Assembly (NCBI GenBank): GCA_963699315.1
Contig: OY969433.1
Location: 767,579-831,578 of the forward strand
Direction of reading: 5' to 3'
DNA: 64,000 bases
From: an uncultured Chloroflexia bacterium
Lineage (GTDB): Bacteria; Chloroflexota; Ktedonobacteria; Ktedonobacterales; Ktedonobacteraceae
Below, in pieces: positions 9,147 to 18,838 of the stretch. Made by a program: the position numbers and the translations under genes. Below the pieces are notes generated by a model. That model made no database searches and was not told where the DNA came from. It saw nothing but the letters and a program-made list of their open reading frames with translations. Numbering within the stretch: the first letter of the stretch is position 1; every line of letters starts with the position of its first letter.

Positions 9147-11156
9147 TTAGCTATTTTTATCTTCCAGGTTCAACCAACGAATTTCTGCTGGCGTCAGTTC
9201 AACAGTAAGCGCGGGTAAGGAGGTACGTGTTTCGGACAGCAATCTGGGACCGATTAACGGAAAGGTTGGAAATGGCTGATTTAACACATACGCGAGTGCG
9301 ATATTAATAGGCAGGACACCACGTTCCTGCGCCATCTGATTCACCCGTTCCAGACGCTGGAAATTATCTGCACTGTACCAGCAACGTACCAGTTCTGCAT
9401 CAGAATAATCATCAGGATGAGCACGACCGGTGAAAAAGCCACGCGCCTGACTGGACCATGGCATGATGGGCATCTGTGTCTCTGCTAGCCAATGACGAGA
9501 TTTCACGTCCGAGGCTGATATACAGCCAGCCCATACGGGATCAATCATGCGCGCCAGGCTAAAATTATTGCTTATCGCTGAGAAACCGGCCATACCATGT
9601 TCGGCAGCCCAGAAATTCGCTTCCTGAATACGCTCAATAGACCAGTTAGACACTCCAAAGGCGCGCATACGACCTGCATTCTTATGCTCATTGAGCACCG
9701 TGACAAACTCGCCCACCGGAATAGTAAGATTATCTCGATGCATCATATACACATCAACGTAGTCGGTCTGCAAACGATCTAGACTTTCCAGGAGCTGTGA
9801 ACTAAGTGCCTGCGGATTACAATGTGGTGTATGTGCACCTTTATCTAAAATCACGACCTGCTCACGAATACCACGATTCCTTATCCACTCTCCTAGTATG
9901 CCTTCGCAACGTCCCTTGCCATAGATATAGGCAGAATCGAAGCAGTTACCACCCTGCTCGAAGAAATCATCAAACATGACGGCCGCATGAGACCAGCTGG
10001 TCTGATTATCTACACCCATAACTAGACGTGAGACGGGCTTCTCGACACCAGCAAGCTGCCCATATCTCATATTATTCTGTGGTCTTACCCGCAAAGGACG
10101 TTTGGAGACTGGAAGTTTTTGACCAGGATCTTGTGGAAGCTCAATCGCATATTCCAATCCAAGCGCTGCACGCCATTGATCCAGAGTACGCATATTCCCC
10201 AGCGTATCATCCCAACTCATAACTGTCGTCTGACGATCTTGAATATGCGCGGCGATAACATCAGCCTCCAGACCATACAGGTCTCCAACATTCTCGAACG
10301 TGATCTGACGAGCTTCTGCCTCACCACTACGCTTCACGATGATAGAAGTGGATTGATCCCTGCTTGGATTCCATGGAGTAGGAATAACCATGGATCCCTC
10401 AGTACCATAGATCCTCACAGAGTTTTCGGCTTCAAGCTGCACGCCAGTAAGCAACTGTGCCACAATATCGCCGGGGAAGGTGAGTGAAGCAATGGTATAT
10501 TCATCAACCTTGCTCACTGCTCCAATATGGCCTGTAGCGGTTACGTTGATAGGATCGGCAAAAGTCTTCCCACTCGCAGCGCCAGCAATCAGGCGAGCCA
10601 TAGATACACAATAGCCCCCAACGTCTAAGATACCGCCACCTCCAAGAGCGGGATTCAGCAAGCGGCTCTCTGGATCAAACGCAGTCCGAAAAGCAAATGT
10701 GACCTGGATAACCCGAACATCTCCGATGGCTCCCGCTTGAATAAGCTCTACTATCCTGGCAATCTGTGGATGACAACGATACATAAAGGCTTCCATCAAA
10801 AACACATCATGGCGCTGAGCCGCCTCGATAATAGCCATTGTATCGGCATGGTTGAGTGCAATAGGCTTCTCACATAAAATATGCTTGCCAGCCTCGGCAG
10901 CTTTGATCGCCCACTCGGCGTGCAAAGGATGTGGAGTAGAAATATAAATAGCCTGCACTCCACTATCAGCGAGTAAATCCTCATAGCGAGAATAGCGCCG
11001 AGGTACGTTCCAAGCGTCACCGAAACGGTCAGCAGCTTCTTGCGTACGACTTCCTACAGCTAAGAGCTTTCCCGTTTTCGATTGTGCCAGACCATTCGCA
11101 AAAATACCTGCAATTCGCCCTGTACCAAGAATACCCCATGATAACGTTTGACTCAT
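9147..11156 (-). CDS. Fusion protein: Gfo/Idh/MocA NAD(P)-oxidoreductase (N-terminal) plus aldo/keto reductase (C-terminal)
   Basis: GGAGGAG RBS is present. The N-terminal half has WGILGTGRIA (Rossmann) and the EKP motif (ILCEKPIAL). The C-terminal ~320 aa carries AKR-like blocks (FDSAYIYGKGRCE, DVYMMHRD, FGVSNW). Confidence 0.85.
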   Translation of the reverse strand: MSQTLSWGILGTGRIAGIFANGLAQSKTGKLLAVGSRTQEAADRFGDAWNVPRRYSRYEDLLADSGVQAIYISTPHPLHAEWAIKAAEAGKHILCEKPIALNHADTMAIIEAAQRHDVFLMEAFMYRCHPQIARIVELIQAGAIGDVRVIQVTFAFRTAFDPESRLLNPALGGGGILDVGGYCVSMARLIAGAASGKTFADPINVTATGHIGAVSKVDEYTIASLTFPGDIVAQLLTGVQLEAENSVRIYGTEGSMVIPTPWNPSRDQSTSIIVKRSGEAEARQITFENVGDLYGLEADVIAAHIQDRQTTVMSWDDTLGNMRTLDQWRAALGLEYAIELPQDPGQKLPVSKRPLRVRPQNNMRYGQLAGVEKPVSRLVMGVDNQTSWSHAAVMFDDFFEQGGNCFDSAYIYGKGRCEGILGEWIRNRGIREQVVILDKGAHTPHCNPQALSSQLLESLDRLQTDYVDVYMMHRDNLTIPVGEFVTVLNEHKNAGRMRAFGVSNWSIERIQEANFWAAEHGMAGFSAISNNFSLARMIDPVWAGCISASDVKSRHWLAETQMPIMPWSSQARGFFTGRAHPDDYSDAELVRCWYSADNFQRLERVNQMAQERGVLPINIALAYVLNQPFPTFPLIGPRLLSETRTSLPALTVELTPAEIRWLNLEDKNS

Positions 11157-11394
11157 GATGCTCCTCCAAACCTCTGTGAAACCTGATGATCAACTTATTA
11201 ACTTCATCATACCAATATAGGCAAACAAAGCACGTTGACCAATAAAGAGACACAAATAAGTATTACAGTTCGCAGCATAATACATTTCAATGTATCTTTT
11301 TCACAATGGAAGTCGTTGACCTTCACTCACCTTTGGTGAGTTATATCACGGCCTGCTTACCACATCAAATATTGTAGCACAAAAAAAGAAAAGG

Positions 11395-11748
11395 TTATCT
11401 ATGATTATCAGAGTGCTTGGTTTTATTCGGTAGCGAGCGTTGAGATCCATTACCGCCTCTAGCACTCCGAGAGCTTTGTGATCCTTTACGGGAAGAAGAT
11501 AAACTAGTCCCAAAGATAGCCTCTGCTTCACTGACGTGTTCGTGACTCATCAACCACGCACGAGCCTGCGGATGTAAATCTTTGAGTGTCCGAGAACTGG
11601 CAATCATCATCCACATCGCAAAATCTGCATCCTTTGGTGGACCATCTACCCATTGTCCTTCAGCAACTAAAAAGTCGCATACCCGATGAACATCCAGTGT
11701 GCGCAAAACAGCATCCAGCCGTTCTCTAAAATTGTGATAATTGGTCAT
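11395..11748 (-). CDS. Hypothetical protein with a basic Ser/Arg/Gly-rich tail
   Basis: A 117-aa ORF fills the gap between flanking minus-strand genes. I recognise no motif. Confidence 0.5.
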   Translation of the reverse strand: MTNYHNFRERLDAVLRTLDVHRVCDFLVAEGQWVDGPPKDADFAMWMMIASSRTLKDLHPQARAWLMSHEHVSEAEAIFGTSLSSSRKGSQSSRSARGGNGSQRSLPNKTKHSDNHR

Positions 11749-11805
11749 ACTTGCTTTTATTCTCTCTCTTCTAGCACGAACAAAGACGCACTCAATATGC
11801 TGATC

Positions 11806-12465
11806 CTAGTTTAGCATAGTCAGATCATCATCAGGCCTCTTCAATAACAACTGACGCATAAATGGGATTTCGCGCCGTAGCACGGTAATCTCGTCGAGCA
11901 AACGCTGCCGGGTAGAAGTCAGTTCGAGATACTGTTGCTTCTTGCTATCTTCAATCTCAAGGAAGTAGGCAATGAAATGCGAAAGGTCCTCAGGCAATTT
12001 CGGGAGGTGAGCATGGATTTCATTCCCGACCGGAGCTTCCAGCAGCAAATTCAGATAGGTTTCAAAGAAACCGCGTCCTTGCTGTACTAACCTGTCCAAA
12101 CTATCTTCAGACCCTTGCTCGTCTTCATCTTCATATGGCTCAACCAGGGCTGAAAGATACGGCATATCATAATGCTGACTCACAATACGAAAACGTCGGA
12201 TGCCCACCGCCATCAGATCATAGCATCCATCATCTAACGGCTGCAGATTATGGATCGCGGCCAAAGTCCCTATCTTACAGACCTCTTCGCGTATAACATT
12301 GCTACCTGACTTCATCAAAACCACACCAAATGGTTTATCTGCCATTTGACAATCTACGATCATCTGACGATACTGGGGCTCAAAAATATGTAACGGCAAC
12401 ACAGTACCTGGAAAAAGAACCACATTTAAAGGAAACAACGGTAATTCAATTGCTGCTGCAGACAT
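11806..12465 (-). CDS. LON peptidase N-terminal (substrate-binding) domain protein
   Basis: GGAGGA RBS is present. LPLFPLNVVLFPGTVLPLHIFEPQYRQMI is the typical LON-N signature. There is no ATPase or protease domain. Confidence 0.85.
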   Translation of the reverse strand: MSAAAIELPLFPLNVVLFPGTVLPLHIFEPQYRQMIVDCQMADKPFGVVLMKSGSNVIREEVCKIGTLAAIHNLQPLDDGCYDLMAVGIRRFRIVSQHYDMPYLSALVEPYEDEDEQGSEDSLDRLVQQGRGFFETYLNLLLEAPVGNEIHAHLPKLPEDLSHFIAYFLEIEDSKKQQYLELTSTRQRLLDEITVLRREIPFMRQLLLKRPDDDLTMLN

Positions 12466-12704
12466 AGCATAAATCCTCCATCGTTAAGAAACAGTCACCG
12501 CATTTAATTGGTCGTCCCTTAAGACGCTGGCAACATACGTTCTGGGGCAAGTGAAATCAACGCTCTCAACGCGAATGGTGAGCAACATCAAACGCGCTTG
12601 ATTCCTCGATAAATATGACTGTCTCATGAATAACAAGTACTATAAGCACTATACCATATCAATGACCCTTGCAATACATAAGAGCAGTAAAAGATTATAA
12701 AAAA

Positions 12705-12733
12705 TCCGGCGAGAAATTTAAATTCTCGCCGGA
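12705..12733 (-). terminator. Rho-independent terminator of yqeY
   Basis: On the minus strand, an 11-bp stem (TCCGGCGAGAA / TTCTCGCCGGA) with a 7-nt loop is followed by UUUUUUAUAAUC. Confidence 0.8.
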
Positions 12734-12778
12734 CTGATCATGAATACTAACTCAATATGAATAATTAGCCAAAACCGC

Positions 12779-13258
12779 TTATTGCGTTAGTTCTCTGACA
12801 AGGCGCTGTACACGAGCTCCATCAGCATGACCTTTAGTTTCTTTGGCTGCGAGAGGCATCACTTTACGAAACTCTTTTCCATTAGCATCGATAATACGAC
12901 TCACAACTGCTCGTAGCTCCTCATCGCTCAATTGTGAGGATTGCAGATACACTTGCAAGATTTCCAACTCATGCTGCTCTTTGTCCGCCAGATCAGTACG
13001 TCCACCTTGTCTATAGAGAGGTATTGCCTGGTTACGTTTCTTTATTTCTTGTTCAAGAACCTTCATGCAGTCGGCTTCGCTCAAAGGCTGGCCATATTCT
13101 GGATTCTTACGATCAGTCCGAGCAACTTCTAAATTATGAATCGCCCCTACAGCCATACGTAATGTATCCAAGCGTGCTTGATCTCAATTCCGCTGAGCGT
13201 CCTGAATATCCTTCTTCAACTGTGTCTCAATTGGAAATTCCTGCCGTACGTCCGCCAT
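12779..13258 (-). pseudogene. yqeY: GatB/YqeY-domain protein interrupted by an in-frame TGA (13184-13186)
   Basis: ATG 13258 lies behind GGTAGGAG and encodes MADVRQEFPIETQLKKDIQDAQRN, then TGA. The same frame continues DQARLDTLRMAVGAIHNLEV... to stop 12779. Both pieces align by eye to the Bacillus YqeY N-terminus (MKNREKDKLTVVRM). Confidence 0.8.
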
Positions 13259-13390
13259 CAGTGATACTCCTACCTTATTAATAGTCTTCAACGCACCTTT
13301 TAGTATACTACGAAGAAGCAAAAAAAGCACCCATAGGAAATTCCATATACTGGACCCAGGCTTCAAAGTAGGGAAAGATTGTGAAGATCT

Positions 13391-13419
13391 GGTGAGAATT
13401 CTAAAATGTTTTTCTCACC
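13391..13419 (-). terminator. Hairpin downstream of the small membrane protein gene
   Basis: An 8-bp stem (ggtgagaa / ttctcacc) encloses a 13-nt loop. It shares a ~29-nt conserved 5' block with the yqeY terminator. Confidence 0.5.
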
Positions 13420-13446
13420 GGACTGATCTCGAATACGACTAGACAA

Positions 13447-13719
13447 TTAATGAGTTCGCTGCCTTTTACTAGAGATATAGCCGCCAATACTCATAACTAC
13501 CCCGAAGGCAAGCATCAATATACCCCACCATAAATTAATATTAATACCATCACTACGGCTATAATCAACCGGACCGAACAATCCATAGAGCACAAGCACA
13601 AGGCCAATCACACCAATTGTTGCTCCAATGGTCAATGCAATCGACATGCGTTGTGTCTGGCCCACTTTTTCCATACCTTGAGGATCATTCTGACTCATAA
13701 CTATCACCTTTCCATGCAT
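13447..13719 (-). CDS. Small two-TM membrane protein translationally coupled to the symporter
   Basis: Its ATG overlaps the symporter TAA (TAATG at 13717-13721). It has two hydrophobic helices. Confidence 0.7.
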   Translation of the reverse strand: MHGKVIVMSQNDPQGMEKVGQTQRMSIALTIGATIGVIGLVLVLYGLFGPVDYSRSDGININLWWGILMLAFGVVMSIGGYISSKRQRTH

Positions 13720-15359
13720 TAGAAGAATATGATATTGAGAGCAACAAAGATAACCAGGGCAGCACCAGCCAAGACCATCGGTCTTTTATACCAGACAGTT
13801 TCAACCACTTGCAACTTTGGCGTTAAGCTATAGACCAATCCTCTCAACTCTGATTCCGGCTGACGTTTGGTAAAAAGAGAAACAACAATCGTCACAACAA
13901 AACAGACAGTCCAGGCAATCAAAGCTCGCCACATACTGGAGCCCTCTGAACTTCCGAAAGAGAGGAGATGAAAGAATTGTTCCCCGACCCAGAGCACAAT
14001 AGAGCACACTGTACCAACAACCAGGCCCCAAAATCCTCCCCAGGGTGTGGTACGCTTCCAAAACATACCAAGCAAGAAGGTTGCCAACAGTGGAGCATTG
14101 AATATTGAGAACAGAGCCTGTACATAATCCATAATACTTGTGAAATCTGACGCAATATAAGCAGTACCAACGCTCAGGACAATACCAACCACAGTCACAA
14201 TACGCCCCATCCGCAGGTAGTGGTTATCGGAAGCATCACGCTTGATGTACGAGCGATAGATATCATACGTCCAGACTGTATTAAAGGCCGTGACATTGCC
14301 AGCCATGCCGGACATAAAAGCGGCTAATAAAGCAGTCAGCCCCAGACCTAGCACACCATTTGGGAGATAACGAGCCATCGCATACGGAACTGCCATATTG
14401 TATGAATTTTCAAAGCCACTACTATGACCCAGACCAGGCATCACTGACAGAATAATTAACCCAGGAATAATGGCCAGAAATGGGAAAAACAACTTGGGAA
14501 AAGTCGCAATCAGCGGCGTACGCTCTGCAGCCGCTTTATCCTCTGCCGCCAGCGCACGCTGCACCACAAGGAAGTCGGTACACCAATAGCCAAAACTTAA
14601 GACAAAACCCAATCCTAACACGATACTGATAAAGTTGACGCCAAATGGATTATTGTTTCCAGCAGTGTTAGCCCACAAGTGAAAAAATGCAGGATTGCTT
14701 ATTCTAGCTTTCAAACCGTCCCAACCACCTACACTGATCAAACCGATGATGGTAAGAGGTAAGAGTCCAGCCACAATCAAGAAAAATTGGAGTGTCTCGT
14801 TGTAAATAGATGATGTTAGACCTCCCAATAAAATGTAGATCATGATGAATAAAGCGGCCAACCATATACAAGCATTAAGTGACCAGCCAAGCAACAGGCT
14901 GAATACCAGTGCGGCGGCAAACATGTTAATGCCTGATGTCAACAATGTGAGCACGGCAAAAGATATAGCATTAAAAGCACGTGTTGCCTCATTGTAACGC
15001 ATTTTCAGAAAGCCAGGGACCGAGTGCGCTTTACTACCATAATAGAAAGGCATCATAAAGATCGCCACAAAGATCATAGCGGGAATAGCACCGATCCAGT
15101 AAAAATGCGCCTGCATCAGACCATACTGAGCAGCATTTGCGCCCATACCCAGGATCTCAAGCGCACCTAGATTTGCACCCACAAATGCCAATCCTGTTAC
15201 CCAACTTGGCAACGAACGACTGGAAAGAAAAAAATCTTCAGAAGATTTCATGCGTTTTCTTAATGCAAAACCAATTCCCAAAGTAACGGCAAAATAAATG
15301 CCAATGATAAGATAATCTACCCAGTTCGCGTTTGCAGTAATTGCAGCGATAATGAACAT
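13719..15359 (-). CDS. Sodium:solute symporter family (SSS) transporter
   Basis: AAGGAGAC RBS is present. This is a 546-aa polytopic protein with about 13 helices and SSS-like blocks (GANLGALEILG, GGLTSSIYNETLQF). Confidence 0.85.
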   Translation of the reverse strand: MFIIAAITANANWVDYLIIGIYFAVTLGIGFALRKRMKSSEDFFLSSRSLPSWVTGLAFVGANLGALEILGMGANAAQYGLMQAHFYWIGAIPAMIFVAIFMMPFYYGSKAHSVPGFLKMRYNEATRAFNAISFAVLTLLTSGINMFAAALVFSLLLGWSLNACIWLAALFIMIYILLGGLTSSIYNETLQFFLIVAGLLPLTIIGLISVGGWDGLKARISNPAFFHLWANTAGNNNPFGVNFISIVLGLGFVLSFGYWCTDFLVVQRALAAEDKAAAERTPLIATFPKLFFPFLAIIPGLIILSVMPGLGHSSGFENSYNMAVPYAMARYLPNGVLGLGLTALLAAFMSGMAGNVTAFNTVWTYDIYRSYIKRDASDNHYLRMGRIVTVVGIVLSVGTAYIASDFTSIMDYVQALFSIFNAPLLATFLLGMFWKRTTPWGGFWGLVVGTVCSIVLWVGEQFFHLLSFGSSEGSSMWRALIAWTVCFVVTIVVSLFTKRQPESELRGLVYSLTPKLQVVETVWYKRPMVLAGAALVIFVALNIIFF

Positions 15360-15647
15360 AGAAGTCTCCTTGACTTTTACGATATATCGATAGTGACAAT
15401 TTTATCTAGTAGAAAAAAAGCTTTCAATTGTAATAGAAGTGGCTTTAAATTTTAACAAATAAATATCACTACCTATATTAGGATAAGGGAACCCTAAAAA
15501 GATAAAGATGAACCAATAATCCATCATTCTTAAAAAATTCGCTATAAATACGAAATAGACCAGGAAGTAGCTTTAAACGATCCTTGTAAACATGTAGTAA
15601 TATGGAGAGAGACAGTATGTGTCACCGATAAGAAAGAGATTGGACCA

Positions 15648-17135
15648 ATGACAAAGCCTCAGTTTCGTGGTGAGGTCAGAGCACCTGATTTTCCTGCTGG
15701 ATTAGATTGGTTGAATAGCGATCGCCCATTACGTATAGGTGAACTCTGTGGTCATCTAGTGCTCCTGCACTTTTGGACCTTCTGTTGTATTAATTGTATA
15801 CATGCCCTTGATCAGCTTCGGAAGATTACCGAAGCTTTTCCAGACACGTTGACTGTGGTTAGCATCCATTCTCCCAAGTTTCCGCGTGAGCAATTTACTA
15901 ATAGTGTGCGCGACGCTGTACTGCGTTATGGTATTGATCATCCTGTCGTAAATGACCGTAGTATGTATCTCTGGCAGCAGTATGCGGTACGCGCGTGGCC
16001 AACATTTATCTTTATTGATCCAGAAAACCGCGTCATTATGCGGCACGAAGGCGAATTTTTTCCTGCGCAGGCGATAGCATTAATTAAACTAATGCTTGAA
16101 GAGTTTGATGCACAAGGATTGTTGACTCATCAACCACTCCACTTTACACACGAGGTTTCATCCAATTCTTTCTTGGCCTTTCCTGGCAAATTGTGCCTGG
16201 ATGCGCCAACTGATCGCTTGATCATCAGCGACTCGGGACATCATCGACTAATTGAAACAAGTCTCTCCGGTCAAGTGCGCCAGATTATCGGTACAGGCGA
16301 AGCTGGTCATACAGATGGCCCATATGCTACGGCACAGTTCAGCCGCCCGCAAGGAATCGCTCTGGCTGATACAACCCTTTATGTTGCGGACACCGAAAAC
16401 CATCTGATCAGGAGCGTCGATCTTGAGACACGACAGGTGACAACAATTGCTGGGACAGGTCTCCAATATGGTATGGTCCGCACGCCCATCAGAGGTCCGG
16501 CTCGTACCGTCGCATTGAATTCCCCTTGGGATCTGCAGTATAGGGAAAATGGTCTATACATTGCGATGGCGGGAAATCATCAAATTGCAGTGCTCCACCT
16601 CGCGACAATGGAGATTGAGGTATTCGCGGGCAAAGGTCCAGAGGGACTTGGTGATGGTTCTTATCATGAAGCTTTCTTTGCTCAACCTAACGGTCTAGCG
16701 TTGGACGATCATACTCTTTACGTTGCCGATAGTGAAACAAGTGCGATTCGAGCAATCGATTTAACAGACGCGAAACAGGTGCACACATTGATTGGCGAGG
16801 GACTGTTCATTTTCGGAGATCGTGATGGCGTCGGAGATGAGGTTCGCTTGCAACATGTACAGGCCATTTGTATATACGCTGGACAGCTTTATCTAACCGA
16901 TACCTATAATAACCGCATCAAAAGACTTAATCCACACACGCGAGCCGTGCAGTCGCTAGCAGGTGACGGAAACGCAGGCTTTCGCGATGGCCCTTTCCAA
17001 GAGGCTCAGTTTAACGAACCAGCAGGCATTGCAGCGGCAAACGGAAAACTCTATATTGCAGACACCAACAATCACGCGATTCGTATTTTGCAATTGGACA
17101 CACAAACTGTTGAGACAGTACATATCTACCAATGA
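15648..17135 (+). CDS. Thioredoxin-like domain plus NHL-repeat beta-propeller protein (NHLRC2-like)
   Basis: The N-terminal redoxin fold carries [11 protein letters not shown]. It is followed by about six NHL-type repeats ([58 protein letters not shown]). Confidence 0.88.
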   Translation: MTKPQFRGEVRAPDFPAGLDWLNSDRPLRIGELCGHLVLLHFWTFCCINCIHALDQLRKITEAFPDTLTVVSIHSPKFPREQFTNSVRDAVLRYGIDHPVVNDRSMYLWQQYAVRAWPTFIFIDPENRVIMRHEGEFFPAQAIALIKLMLEEFDAQGLLTHQPLHFTHEVSSNSFLAFPGKLCLDAPTDRLIISDSGHHRLIETSLSGQVRQIIGTGEAGHTDGPYATAQFSRPQGIALADTTLYVADTENHLIRSVDLETRQVTTIAGTGLQYGMVRTPIRGPARTVALNSPWDLQYRENGLYIAMAGNHQIAVLHLATMEIEVFAGKGPEGLGDGSYHEAFFAQPNGLALDDHTLYVADSETSAIRAIDLTDAKQVHTLIGEGLFIFGDRDGVGDEVRLQHVQAICIYAGQLYLTDTYNNRIKRLNPHTRAVQSLAGDGNAGFRDGPFQEAQFNEPAGIAAANGKLYIADTNNHAIRILQLDTQTVETVHIYQ

Positions 17136-17244
17136 CTCTCTGACTCATGTATGCTTTCATCAACTCCCGCTATGAGATACAATGAAAGATACGTTCTCCA
17201 CGATAGGAAAGCACTTCTATCGCTATAATTTTAAGGAGTATTCA

Positions 17245-18822
17245 ATGACTACTGTATTTGAAAGTGCTTTATCGCATGCTCAAACACCATTTATAAATGA
17301 GCCCTTTACTGATTTTTCCAGAGAAGAAAACAAACGCGCTCAAGCAACAGCACTGGAACAGGTAAAAAAAGAGTCCGGTCAAACATATCCACTGATCATC
17401 GGTGGTCAAAAAGTGACAGGCGAAAAAACATTTGCCTCCATCAATCCCTCCCAACCTGATCAGATTATTGGAAACTTTGCTGCTGCCACCAGTGACCAGA
17501 CCGCGCAAGCTATTCAGGAGGCCGCAAAGACATTTGAAACCTGGAAGCACGTAGCGGCAAACGAACGAGCAGGTTATCTTTTCGCCGCAGCTGAACTCAT
17601 GCGCCAACGCCGTTTTATCATCAATGCCTGGATGATTTATGAAGTTGGAAAGAGTTGGGTTGAAGCCGATGTGGATACAGCTGAGGCTATCGATTTCTTA
17701 GAATTTTATGGGCGCGAGATGCTCCGTATGGCAGCAGAGCAACCAATTATTCATATCGAGAGCGAAAAGAATGAGTTAGTCTATATTCCGTTAGGTGTTG
17801 CAGCAGTGATTCCACCCTGGAATTTCCCATGTGCTATTCTAGTAGGTATGACCAGCGCAGCACTTGTAGCAGGCAATACAGTGGTGCTCAAACCAGCCAG
17901 CACTGCACCAGCAATTGCATACCAATTTATGCGTATACTGGAAGATGTCGGTTTACCCGCTGGAGTGGTCAATTTTCTCACGGGATCAGGAGCGACGATC
18001 GGTGATACATTGGTGGATAGCCCGGCTGTCCGTTTCATTTCATTCACAGGATCACGTGAGGTAGGACTTCACATCTTCGAACACGCAGCAAAAACTCAGC
18101 CTGGCCAACGCTGGCTCAAACGTACCATTCTAGAGATGGGTGGCAAAGATGCGATTATGGTTGATGAAACAGCAGACCTGGAAGCCGCAGCCACCAACAT
18201 AGTCTTCTCAGCCTTCGGTTTCCAAGGGCAAAAATGCTCAGCTGGCTCGCGCGCAATTATTGTCGCCCAGGTCTATGACGAGGTTGTACAAAAAGTCATC
18301 GAAAAGACGCGACAACTCGTCTCGGGAGATGTCACCAAGCCAGAAACATACGTAGGTCCAGTTGTTGATAGTAATGCCTATAAGAAGATTCTGGATTATA
18401 TCGAGATTGGAAAAAGCGAAGGTAAAATGGTTAGCGGAGGACATTCGCATGAGCCAGGCTACTTTATCGAGCCAACCATTTTTATTGATGTTGATCCCCA
18501 TGCCCGCATCGCACAAGAGGAAATCTTTGGGCCAGTCCTGACCGTCATTAAGGCCAAAGATTTTAATGATGCTTTAGACATCGCTAACGATACGGAGTTT
18601 GGGCTGACCGGATCACTCTACTCTACTGATGAGCAACATATCACACGTGCCAAAGAAGAGTATCACGTTGGCAATCTGTACTTCAATCGGAAGTGCACAG
18701 GTGCATTAGTAGGCGTCCATCCGTTTGGCGGCTTCAATATGTCAGGAACTGACTCAAAAGCTGGCGGTCGCGACTATCTATTACTTTTCACTCAGGCCAA
18801 AGCCATCTCAAGAAAAATATAA
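17245..18822 (+). CDS. rocA: L-glutamate gamma-semialdehyde (1-pyrroline-5-carboxylate) dehydrogenase
   Basis: ATG 17245 lies behind AAGGAG. The protein is close by eye to Bacillus RocA (EPFTDF..., ADVDTAEAIDFLEFYGREM), with catalytic ELGGK-type EMGGKD and FGFQGQKCSAGSR. Confidence 0.9.
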   Translation: MTTVFESALSHAQTPFINEPFTDFSREENKRAQATALEQVKKESGQTYPLIIGGQKVTGEKTFASINPSQPDQIIGNFAAATSDQTAQAIQEAAKTFETWKHVAANERAGYLFAAAELMRQRRFIINAWMIYEVGKSWVEADVDTAEAIDFLEFYGREMLRMAAEQPIIHIESEKNELVYIPLGVAAVIPPWNFPCAILVGMTSAALVAGNTVVLKPASTAPAIAYQFMRILEDVGLPAGVVNFLTGSGATIGDTLVDSPAVRFISFTGSREVGLHIFEHAAKTQPGQRWLKRTILEMGGKDAIMVDETADLEAAATNIVFSAFGFQGQKCSAGSRAIIVAQVYDEVVQKVIEKTRQLVSGDVTKPETYVGPVVDSNAYKKILDYIEIGKSEGKMVSGGHSHEPGYFIEPTIFIDVDPHARIAQEEIFGPVLTVIKAKDFNDALDIANDTEFGLTGSLYSTDEQHITRAKEEYHVGNLYFNRKCTGALVGVHPFGGFNMSGTDSKAGGRDYLLLFTQAKAISRKI

Positions 18823-18838
18823 AGCGGAGGAGCAGCTC

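Noticed and set aside
12779-13258. Genome-wide TGA recoding or selenocysteine as the explanation for the in-frame TGA in yqeY.
   Set aside because: Several well-supported genes in the window terminate on TGA (for example ATP-grasp copy 2 at 26990, BCCP-like at 52983, GT4 at 37132). YqeY is not a known selenoprotein and I see no convincing hairpin directly 3' of the TGA.
18725-18838. Longer N-terminus for the MBL hydrolase as given by the ORF track.
   Set aside because: It would overlap the rocA 3' end by ~100 nt in another frame. An in-frame TTG with GGAGGAG lies just after the rocA stop.
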